Positions 52,287 to 64,000 of a stretch of DNA of 64,000 nucleotides are shown here, piece after piece (position 1 is the first letter of the stretch; each line of letters opens with the position of its first letter). The notes beneath the pieces were generated by a model. That model did not search any database, was not told where the DNA came from, and was given only the letters and a program-made list of their open reading frames with translations. The position numbers and the translations under genes are program-made. The stretch spans positions 12,524,001 through 12,588,000 of the forward strand of contig OX597827.1 of the NCBI GenBank assembly GCA_951406725.2, in the 5' to 3' direction. Source of the stretch: Octopus vulgaris. Taxonomy: Eukaryota.

Positions 52287-53849
52287 GATTTGTAATACAA
52301 ACACAAGTCCTAACATTAAGTGAGACCAGTAAAATCAATATCAATATTGATCTCGCTTCATCACTGATACATGTTCATTGAATTTGGTTTATTATTGGTA
52401 CTTGTTTTTATCAACCCCCTTGTAGCTCCTCTACAGTATGAAACTTCTTCTGTTCTGGACTCTTCTCCCATTCTCTTATCCATTTTTCGCCACCCCACGT
52501 CTCCTAGCATAAATTTGACCCCTTGGGGTTTTGTATTCATGCAAACTGCAAGATGGACACACTAGTGTTGGAGGTATGGGAACAAAAATCACTGAGTAAA
52601 CGCTATATACTGGTTGGCATTGAGTGGGGATAACCTGCTACATAGAAACCATGCAGAAAGCAGTGATATTGGATTTCCATGCAGTTCTTGTTCCTGTTGG
52701 ATTCTATCAAACTATTCAACCCATGTCAGCATGAAACATGGACATTAAATGATAATGGTGATTAGGGAAAGGGTGTAGTGGTGGTGGTAGCGGTGGCGGC
52801 GGTGGCAGTGGTGGTGGTGGCAGTGATGGTGGTGGTGGCAGTGGTGGTGGGTGCAGTGGTAGTGGTGGCAGGGCTGGTGGTAGTGGTGGTGGCAGTGATG
52901 GAGGTGGTGGTGATGGTGGTGGGTGCAGTGGTAGTGGTGGCAGGGATCGTGGTGGTGGTGGTGTTGGTGGTGGCAGGGATGGTGGTAGTGGTGGTGGCAG
53001 TGATGGTGGTGGCAGTGATGGTGGTGGTGGCAGTGGTGGTGAGGGCAGTGGTATGGTGGCAGGGATCGTGGTGGTGGTGGTGGCAGTGGTGGTGGCAGGG
53101 ATGGTGGTAGTGATGGAGGTGGTGGTGATGGTGGTAATGGTTTTGGTGGTGGTGGTGGTGGTGGTGGTGGCAGCAACGACAGCGATGACAACAACAACGT
53201 CAAAAACGATGATGATGAGGAAGAAAAGGAAGAATTGATCTTTATGAGATTCAAAATTTAGAACAAACTTAGGCTTAGTCTGGCTAAATAGCACAGAGTT
53301 CTTCTGCCTGTCACTGGACCAATATTCTGCAGTGAATCAAAAAAATTAATGTTGAAAGTTATTTGGAAGTAATTTGAGGAAGATCTCTTATGAATATATC
53401 TAACAAACCCCAACTATATTTGACATGTATTGTCATGTAGTTAACGAGATATATTGGATTTTATCTCAGCTTGCATATAGATGAAAAAACATCTTTTTCT
53501 TTATATCTCCCATCTTTAATCTTTTATCCATTTCAGCATTAGACTGCGACCATGTGGGGTACTACTTTGAAGAGTTTTTAGTCAAATAAATCAACTGTAG
53601 TACTTGCTTTTTTATTTATTCTTTTTTTTTTTTAATTCAGGCAACTGTTCTATCAGATTTTTTTTTGCCAAGTTACTAAGTTACTGGGATGTAAAAAGAC
53701 CAAACACAGGTTGTCAAGTGCTGGTGGGGGAACAAACATACAGAGAGACACACACATAGATATATATATATATGTATATGCATACATACATACATACACA
53801 CACGCATATATATATATATGTGATGGTTGTCAACTTTGTTCTATGGTAA

Positions 53850-54050
53850 AAAGAGGTAATTTCTACTTTCCTCCTCTGGAAGCCATCTACTCGCAATGCC
53901 AGAGGGCGCACACTCTCCTACTCTGATGTAATCTCCAGGGATACAGACATCCAGCAACAGGACCTCCGTAATGCCATGATGGACCGTGAAGTCTGGTGTA
54001 GCATGGTAAATTCCATTGTCTCAACCACGGTCGAACAATGATGATGATGA
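53850..54050 (+). mobile_element. 3' end of an RTE-clade LINE with (GAT)n tail
   Basis: EVISTFLLWKPSTRNARGRTLSYSDVISRDTDIQQQDLRNAMMDREVWCSMVNSIV... matches RTE 'LW.P...RGR...A.DR..WR'. Confidence 0.82.
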
Positions 54051-54633
54051 TATATATATGTATGGATGTATGTATGCATGTATGTATATGTATATGTTTA
54101 TAGGAATTCCTTCAAAGGGATGTGTGAAGCATCCAATTCACTGGTACATCAGTTGAATATCACATAGATATGGGTATAATGCAAATTACAAAGATAAAAT
54201 TAAATAGAGAGATACAATTGACAATCCAGCGATTTTTTATATTATAATATAATATAATATACTATGAATATGATATAATATGATATAAGATAACATTAAA
54301 AATTCATTAAAAGATTAAAATAGCTAACAATTTTATTTTACTTATTTACATTTTTTGATATGTAAATAATTCAATTCACTTATATAAGTCTCATCAGAGC
54401 TAAGGTTTAAAGATGGATGAAATTCCCTGTGAAAGGACAGCATTTGTTAATAATTATTTTATGTTATCTTATATTATATTACATTCATAGTATATTATGT
54501 TATATCATAACATAAATAAATTATTGGATTGAAAATTCTCTCTCTCTATTTGATTTATTGTTTATATATATACATATTTTGAAAGTGTTCTTTATGTTAT
54601 TTAAAAATGGTAGGATTTTATTTAAGAGAGATA

Positions 54634-55146
54634 TCTATATATATAAAACTGTAGTTGTGTGAGTGTCTGTCCCCTTCGATTTAGATTCCTAACTACTCCC
54701 ACATTTTGGGGTGCAGTTTAACCAAATTCAGGTATCTTATAGTCGTGATTCATATCGAGCCTGTCTGGGTATTAGCGCGTGTCTACGATGAGTCTACGAT
54801 TTTAAAAATAATTTAACATCATTTTTTATTCCATTTTAATGCATATTTTTTCGTGTGTCGATGGAGGCGGAGTTGGCGTCCATGGTCACACCTGCACCTG
54901 TTTGCTTCTCCCCCTTCTTCCCTCCCTCGTGAAGCTGTGGGGAAGGGTGTGTAAGGAAATCAACGTCGTAAAGCGTTGTCAAGGAGACCAGCGTTCTTTT
55001 AGAACAACGACTTCATGGCTTGAAGACACCAAAACAGAAATGGCTAAGAAAGCCCGAATTGGCATCTATAAGGGAAGTAACTCTCTAAAAATGCTTATAT
55101 AGTTATTTCCCTTACAAACCCGAGCAACGCCGGGCGATACTGCTAG
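54634..55146 (+). mobile_element. Non-autonomous Helitron
   Basis: A|TCTATATATATAAAA 5' end; hairpin CCCGAGCAACGCCGGG (55119-55134); CTAG|T 3' end. Confidence 0.88.
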
Positions 55147-55645
55147 TTGGCATATAAACAGTAAACTGTACTTCATTATAGTACTTGCTAAAAAAACAAA
55201 GTTGTCACTTAATGAAAGGATGAAGAACAACTGTAGCCATTGGACCTACAAAAATAAGATTCAGCCAATTCATCAGGATCCATGACTATCCAAAGGGTCC
55301 CCCCCCCTCAATAAATAAATAAATACACAAACAAATAAATAGACGGATAAAATCCTCAAGCTTCTTTGAATTCTGTAAGGATCTGCCCTTGAAAGCTTTC
55401 AGGTTCCATCTTGCAAAAATTTTATCTTTAAGGCACCAAGTGTCATGCAACTGTGCAAGGCCTCTTACACTAAGGGTTGGTGAAGACGTTTGGCCTCATG
55501 GTTCAAATCCTTGCAATGAGTGACATAAAACTGAGCAATATATTATCTCAATTAGCTAAATAACTGGAAAAGAACCACAAAGTTAGGTTACAAACTGTTA
55601 AACTACCAGATAAATATATTTATATATTTATCTATATATGACCAC

Positions 55646-55688
<43 letters not shown>

Positions 55689-56125
55689 TACGACCTCGAA
55701 CCCACAAGTGTAAACAAGAGAGACAGAGAAAGGCAGAAACAAGGAAAAGGTACTTATATTTGAACACTATACAAATATTCTTTTATAAAAACTTTTCTTT
55801 TAATTTTTCTATATTTAATTATTTAAGCGTTACAGTTGAAAAGGTCTCAAAATGACTGACACCGGTACTGAAATGTTCTTTATAAAATTATTTTAGCATT
55901 TTCTATCTTGACTTGTTTTTTCATATATATCAACTCGTGTGTTCCTTTTCATCCTTATACATATAAATATATATATATATAAGTAGTTGAATGAATTATC
56001 CTAGTATGGATAATTCGGTTAACCGATACCCGGGTAGCAAATTCACGTCAGAAAACACGGTTGAAGCTACATGCCAAGGGCAGAGATCATGTGCTTTCGT
56101 GTGGAAATTTGTGTGTTTTTTTTAC

Positions 56126-56281
56126 TATAAATAAATGAAAGAATGGAGTTGAACGACGATTTAACAAAATTCCTTTATTCTCGACATATGTTTCAAAGGC
56201 TGCGCAGTCTTCGAAACATATGTCGAGAATAAAGGAATTTTGTTAAATCGTCGTTCAACTCCATTCTTTCATTTATTTATA
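56126..56281. repeat. 156-bp spacer-less palindrome, 2 mismatched pairs
   Basis: 78-bp arms centred on TGC|GCA at 56203/56204. Confidence 0.95.
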
Positions 56282-56299
56282 TATATATATATATAGTAT

Positions 56300-56576
56300 G
56301 ATGATGATGATGATGATGATGAGTACCACCTGACTAGCACGTAAAAAGCACCATTTAAGCGATATCAATGCCAGTGCCACTTGACTGGCCCCTGTGCCAG
56401 TGGCACATAAAAAGCAGCCACTACACTCTCAGGGGAGTTGGCATATGGAAAAGCATCCAGCTGTAGAAACCTTACCAGGTCAGATTGGTGCAGCCTCCTG
56501 GATTGCCAGTCTTCTGCCAAACCATTCAACCCATGCAAGCATGGAAAGTGGATGCTAAATGATGATGATGATGATG
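56300..56576 (+). mobile_element. SINE family D
   Basis: GGAAAAGCATCCAGCTGTAGAAAC core and (GAT)n tail. Confidence 0.78.
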
Positions 56577-56904
56577 TGTGTGTGTGTGTGTACACCAGAA
56601 TAAGCACATAAGTGTAAAACAAGATGGGAAAAAATTCTACTCGAATATGCTTTATTATTAAAGCTGCAAAAACATCACAAAAAAGTGCTACTCAGAGTTT
56701 CACATTCCCATTCGTCAGACAGTTGATTCATAAATATATATATATATATATATGCAAATTGAGATAGGGGTTGTAAATGCAACCCTCTATGGGCTAACAT
56801 ATATCCAATATACTGCTAGTGAAGTACCCAACAAAGTTAATACATAAATGTTAATGATTGTGATGATATTTGATTTAGATGTATTTCTCCATTTTCTTAT
56901 CTTG

Positions 56905-56935
<31 letters not shown>

Positions 56936-56958
56936 GAACGTACAGACACACACATGCT

Positions 56959-57007
<49 letters not shown>

Positions 57008-57499
57008 CATCATCATCATCATCATTTAATGTCCATTTTTCGATGCAGGTATGAGTTGGACTAATATGTGCATGTGTGTGTGCATGTATGTATATATGTA
57101 TGTATATATGTAAACAAACACACACACATATATATATACATACATATTTCTGTGTATCTGTGTGTGCTTGTCTTCATATATATGTATGTGTATACACACA
57201 CACACTTGCACCCCCCCCACACATACATTTGAAGCACCCACACACACACACATACACACACAAGCACATGCACAACAAGTCAGGTAGACATTCATATATA
57301 AATTCAGAAATATATACATGCAACATATATACTTAGATCGAAAATATGCTTATATCGACTCTTACAAAAATGAAGTTGCTCTTTCACACATACACACTTA
57401 AGAGTCTCCCATACAATCGGAAAAAGCATGTCTGTACAGTTAGCAGATCATGCTGATGTGCTCACACATACACAATCACACACACACAATCACACACAC

Positions 57500-58080
57500 A
57501 AACACACACACATACGCACACACACACACACACACATGCTCACACACACATGCACACATACACACACACACACACAAGCATACACATACAGATAAACGCA
57601 TACATACATGCATACCCATTCACAAGTATTCATATGCACGCGTATGCAATCATACGCACACTCATGCATACACACATTTTCACATACACACACACACACA
57701 CTAGCATACACGTACAGATAAATACATACATGCATGCATGCCCATTCACAAGTATTCATATGCACGCGTATGCAATCATACACACACTCACGCATACACA
57801 CATTTTCACATACACACACACACACGCACTTATACACACTCACACACACACACATGCACACATACACACACACACACACACACAAGCATACACATACAGA
57901 TAAACGCATACATGCATGCATACCCATTCACAAGTATTCATATGCACGCGTATGCAATCATACACACACTCACGCATACACACATTTTCACATACACACA
58001 CACACACACGTACTTATACACACTCACACACACACACACAAACACATACACACACACTCACACATGCACACACATGCACA
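57500..58080. repeat. Minisatellite: 3 copies of an about 110-bp unit embedded in (CA)n
   Basis: CCCATTCACAAGTATTCATATGCACGCGTATGCAATCATAC recurs at about 57616, 57741 and 57923. Confidence 0.9.
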
Positions 58081-58366
58081 ACAGTTATATTCAGCAGTCG
58101 TATATTTGACCGATTCTGCTGTTCAAACGGACACGACACACTCGTATATGAAATATGACATTCCCAGCTAGAAGTTCACACACACACACACATACACACA
58201 CACACACACACATACACTCTTACTCTCTCACTTTCTTTGTCTCTCACACTCTCCATTGCTCTCTCTCCTTTTCTCCACACTCACATACTGTCTTCCAAAC
58301 ACACATATATGCACGCTCTATCTTTCACTGTTTCATTCTCACTCGCAAACAAATACACTCCCTCTC

Positions 58367-58404
<38 letters not shown>

Positions 58405-59862
58405 TCCAACACACTCTCATAAGCATACACGCATGCACACACACACACACACATTCTCTCACACCTTCACTTACTCTTTCTTTCTCTTACGCTTTCTCTC
58501 TCGTTCTTGACTCTCTCGCACACCACATGTACACATGCTAACAGATACACACCTTTTAATTCTCTCTCATTTACACACACACAAATGCACACAAACACAC
58601 ACACACACACACACATACACACAATTCTTTATGTTCTTCAGTTCATTTTAGCCATCACAGCCTGATTGATGCTGGAACACCACCTTTGGCATCACACATT
58701 TACCTCTCTCCTCATCCTTGCGCATCTGTTCCACACATGCACATGTACACACACAACACACACACACATACACACACGTATATTTACAGCTGCATACAGG
58801 CCGATGTCTCTATCACGCAGTATACGCATACATATAGACCTGCATAGTCACACACAAACGAACATCTTTTGTCACACACATACATACACACATACATACA
58901 TATATACATACATATACGCATGCACACATAAACACAAATCTGAATGACTAAATTGACTAACACCTCGAGTCAAACCCATATGAAAATATAAATGCACACA
59001 CATACATAAACTGGCATATTCACACATCTATGCACGTACGGGATGTACACACATACACACACACACACAAATACGCACCCACACATATATATACACACAC
59101 ATAGATTTACAGTTACATACAGACTGATGCCTCTATCACACGATATACACATATACATAGACCTGCATAGTCACACACAGATGAGCAACCTTTTTTCACA
59201 TGCATATACACATACACACACAGACACATACTTGCACACATACATACATACATACAAACATAAATAGAAACATACACATACATGTGTACACATATACGCA
59301 AACCTGTATGATCGTATTGAGTAAAACCATAACTCAAACAGATACGCAAACACACCTGCACACACCTGACATACTCAAACAAGCATATTCACATATTTAT
59401 GTAATTATTACATACACATCCATCCACACACACACACACACGTACACATACATACACACACACACACACAAACCTACATAGTTGTTGCACACTTTACGCA
59501 CCTTTTCCTTGTATGTCCCTTGCAACCCAGAGGGAGTTTCTACATGGTCATCGACCCTTCAAAAAAATAGCACCTGAACCCCCTTCAAATCATACAAGCA
59601 GCACGTTACAAAAGATCCACCGCATAATGTGACACTGGGTTTAGTGCATATAGTAAGATAATAAGATGGTCATGGCTGGAATGTCTGTTCTTTTAGGTCT
59701 GATTTGAAGTTATACAGCAATAGCAGAAGACAAAACCAACATTTGTCTGACCACACCCAAATAGATATAAACACAGACACACTCATACAAATACACACAC
59801 ATACACACACACACACATATACAATTAGTATCAACTTTTTCCAAAAAGTAGCTTTACAAATA

Positions 59863-59900
<38 letters not shown>

Positions 59901-60069
59901 CACACATATATACATATATATAATTTTATATATATACATATATGTATATATAGTTTTATGTATATATGTGTGTGTGCATGTGTGTGTGAGTGTGAGTGTA
60001 TGTATGTATGTATATCTATTTATCTCTCTATCTATCTACCAATCTATATATATATATATAGATATATGC

Positions 60070-60208
60070 ATAGAGTGGTTGTATACTGTCAACTTAACGT
60101 GACAGTAGGGGATTACACCACCACTGTTTAGCCCTAGGAAGCATCGACGCTCAGGGCTAAACAGCGGTGGTGTAATTCCCCTACTGTCACGTTATACAAC
60201 CATTCTAT
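60070..60208. mobile_element. Short hairpin/MITE-like element
   Basis: TAACGTGACAGTAGGGGATTACACCACCACTGTTTAGCCCT pairs with AGGGCTAAACAGCGGTGGTGTAATTCCCCTACTGTCACGTTA; outer arms TAGAGTGGTTGTATA / TATACAACCATTCTA. Confidence 0.75.
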
Positions 60209-60334
60209 CGCCCCACCACTGTACATATCTCTATGAGATATTTAGAAATTTATATATGCATAAATATATATTTACATACATATATATATATATATATACA
60301 TATACACACATATACATACATGTATATATATATT

Positions 60335-60376
<42 letters not shown>

Positions 60377-61289
60377 GTATGTATATATATATATATATAC
60401 TTTAGCTGGCCAAAACTTTTAAGTCACTGCCAATACTGTTCTTGTCAAAGAATAACAAATTTGGACTCTACCTAATGTATTGAGCAATCCTTTAGTTTAA
60501 TGTAAAATTGTTTTTATTTCAAGAAGAACAATATACATATATGTGTGTGTGTATGTGCGTATGTATGTATATATAGTGTGTGTTATATATAGTATAACTA
60601 AAACAAGCAAGATACATACATGTGTATGTATACATGTGTATATGTGTACATAAATATATGTGCGTATGTATGCATACACAGTTTTGTACGCACACACACA
60701 CATGGACACACATATGCACATAAGATAGTTGTGGTTAATTCATTACCATAGCATGTTCTTCTTCCATTGAGTCTATATGTCAATTATTACACCGACTCTC
60801 TAGCATGTCCGTGGTGTGGTGAAGTGTGGCATGACGCAGCGTCGGTGACAGTGGCACAGGGTAGTGGAGCAAGTGTCACACGATGAATTATTATTTCACT
60901 TTTCAATAAGGAAATGGAAGGGCGTGGGTGGCAATGATACAGGGGATGTGGATGGAGGCAGGAGACTGAAATTCAGATAAAAGAGAAGACAACGCCCTCA
61001 GGAACCTAGAATATGGCACTACTAATGATTATAATGGTTTTCTTGGTTTGCCACAAGGGCTCTTAATAAATGGCAATACAATGCAAGGAACATGCCACGA
61101 AAGCAAAAGCTATGTGGCAACAAGGAGTATCTTTGCGGTTTACTGACACGTTAGTAATAACAGTCAAATCTCCTGCAAATCACACATTGCTACCATCTTG
61201 AGAAAAAGGAACGATGCATTAAATAATGTGATATACTTCTTCTCATATGTATGTGTGTGTGTACGCATCTCTTTCTCTTTCTCTCTCTC

Positions 61290-61337
<48 letters not shown>

Positions 61338-61372
61338 ATCTGTCTGTCTATCTATCTATCTATCTATCTATC

Positions 61373-61425
<53 letters not shown>

Positions 61426-61825
61426 GTATGTATATATATATGTGTGTGTGTGTGTATATACACATGTATATATATGCATATGTGCGTGCATGTATATATA
61501 AATCTAAATAGATAGATAGATAGATTGATAGATTATTCCTAATGTGATGGTTTGGTCCATGCTGGATGCCTTTGATCAGAGACCTATTAGATCAGATTTG
61601 ACCTGGAACTAAACAAAAACAAGATGTATGGAGCAAAGCAGGGAGCTACTTCTAACAAAATAATATACAAAATATCATAGTATAAAAAACAATTAGGTAT
61701 GAAATGATAATTTGAGTAATATTACAAATATGTATATTCTTGCCCACACAACAAGAAGAAGAGAGATTAGGAGGTTGTTGTCGTTACTTCTGTTTCTGCT
61801 TCTGTTGCTGTTGATCTTGTGGACG

Positions 61826-62501
<676 letters not shown>

Positions 62502-62787
62502 GACAGTGATGTGTCTTTTCTAAGATGTAGATTTCTAACTTTAGTATAGTCCTAAGGCCTTGAGTGTTTTTTCCAGGATCAGTAGAGTTGATTAGATTGA
62601 TCCCCAATAGTCAATTAGTTTTTTGTTTCTTTTTATATTTTATCAGTCACCATCTAGAGAAGAAGGAAGCCTCAGCAAGAGAGCCGCATTAAACACAACC
62701 TTTGCAGAGGCAGTCTTTTGTGACAGAGAAAGAAATTAGAAGTTTATTTATAAAATTATTCTCAAAGGAAAAAAAATTATTATTATT

Positions 62788-62821
<34 letters not shown>

Positions 62822-62873
62822 TTGTTGTTGTTGTTGCTGCTGTTATTATTATCATTGTTGTTGTTATTGTTGC

Positions 62874-62924
<51 letters not shown>

Positions 62925-62979
62925 CATTATTATTATTATTATCATTATTATTATTATTATCATCAGTGTAGTAGTAGTT

Positions 62980-63052
<73 letters not shown>

Positions 63053-63347
63053 GGTGGTGAGCTGGCAGAATTGTTAGCACACCGGGCGAAATGCTTTGCA
63101 GTATTTCGTCTGTCTTTATGTTCTGAGTTCAACTTCTGCTGCGATCAACTTTCATGGTGGATTAGATAAGTACCAGTTATGCACTGGGGTTGATGTAATT
63201 GACATCATCCCCTCCCCAAGCTGCCCTTGTTACAAAAATTTGAAATCATCATTCTTTGTTTTACTCTCTTTTACTTGTTTCAATCATCTGACTGTAGCCA
63301 TGCTGGAGCACTGCCTTTAGTCGAGCATTTGTCTCTCTTACTCAATC

Positions 63348-63700
63348 TGGCAATATCCGACTGATGGTGTTCGATTACATATTCTGTCTGAAAATCATAG
63401 TCCCAGAGTATTGTTACCTTACCATCCTCCAGCATAACTTTACTTGGTACATGCTCATACCAGTTCTCTGTTACTTCATATTGGTATTTACGACATAAAA
63501 ATCAATGAAGATACACACACACTTAATGGTGGCAGCACTTGTATTCTTTTTGTGCAAGGCTCTCACATCCAGTTACCAAGTGGGTCACATTTTCCACACT
63601 CTTTCTGCAGAGTCTGCATTTCTGGGTGTCAGAAGTTTTATAGATGTTATACATCACTGAATTGGTAGCAAGTGCCTGGTCTTGTGCAGCAATGATCAAG
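63348..63700 (-). pseudogene. R4/Dong-clade non-LTR retrotransposon fragment (CCHC knuckle + start of restriction-like endonuclease)
   Basis: IIAAQDQALATN...KCRLCRKSVENVTHLVTGCESLAQKEYK and WYEHVPSKV...TILWDYDFQTEYVIEHHQSDIA; abuts a (TAA)n tract. Confidence 0.88.
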
Positions 63701-63729
63701 TTTAATATTATTATTATTATTATTATTAA

Positions 63730-63804
<75 letters not shown>

Positions 63805-64000
63805 TATTATTATTATTTTTATTATTATTATTATCATTATTATTATTATTGAGGTGGTGACCTGGTAGAATCATTAGCTCATTGGAAAAATGCTTAGCAG
63901 CATTTAATCCTTTATGTTGTGAGTTCAAGTTCTGCCAGATCAGCTTTTCATTTCATCATCTTGGTCTCGATAAAATAAGTACCAGTCACATGTTGGGGCT

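Noticed and set aside
52716-53294. Pro/Thr/His-rich ORFs resembling extensin or mucin
   Set aside because: Degenerate (GGT)n trinucleotide repeat, open in several frames.

Overview
AT-rich, microsatellite-saturated eukaryotic genomic DNA. The SINE repertoire and the style of its protocadherin point to a coleoid cephalopod, most likely Octopus. Only one convincing protein-coding unit is present: a large minus-strand protocadherin exon (acceptor at 40181, ATG at 40124, signal peptide, 6 cadherin repeats, transmembrane helix, short tail) that ends at a phase-0 GTAAGT donor at 37754. Its 5' and 3' partner exons are not certain in the window. Everything else is intron or intergenic DNA filled with four SINE families (often nested or multimerised), decayed Tc1/mariner, hAT-Charlie, piggyBac and Helitron elements, and CR1, RTE and R4/Dong LINE fragments. 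Penelope-like retroelement relics carry decayed hammerhead-ribozyme motifs and several long fold-back palindromes. Almost all ORFs in the supplied track are translations of microsatellites or SINEs. All calls were made by eye; no alignments or database searches were run.
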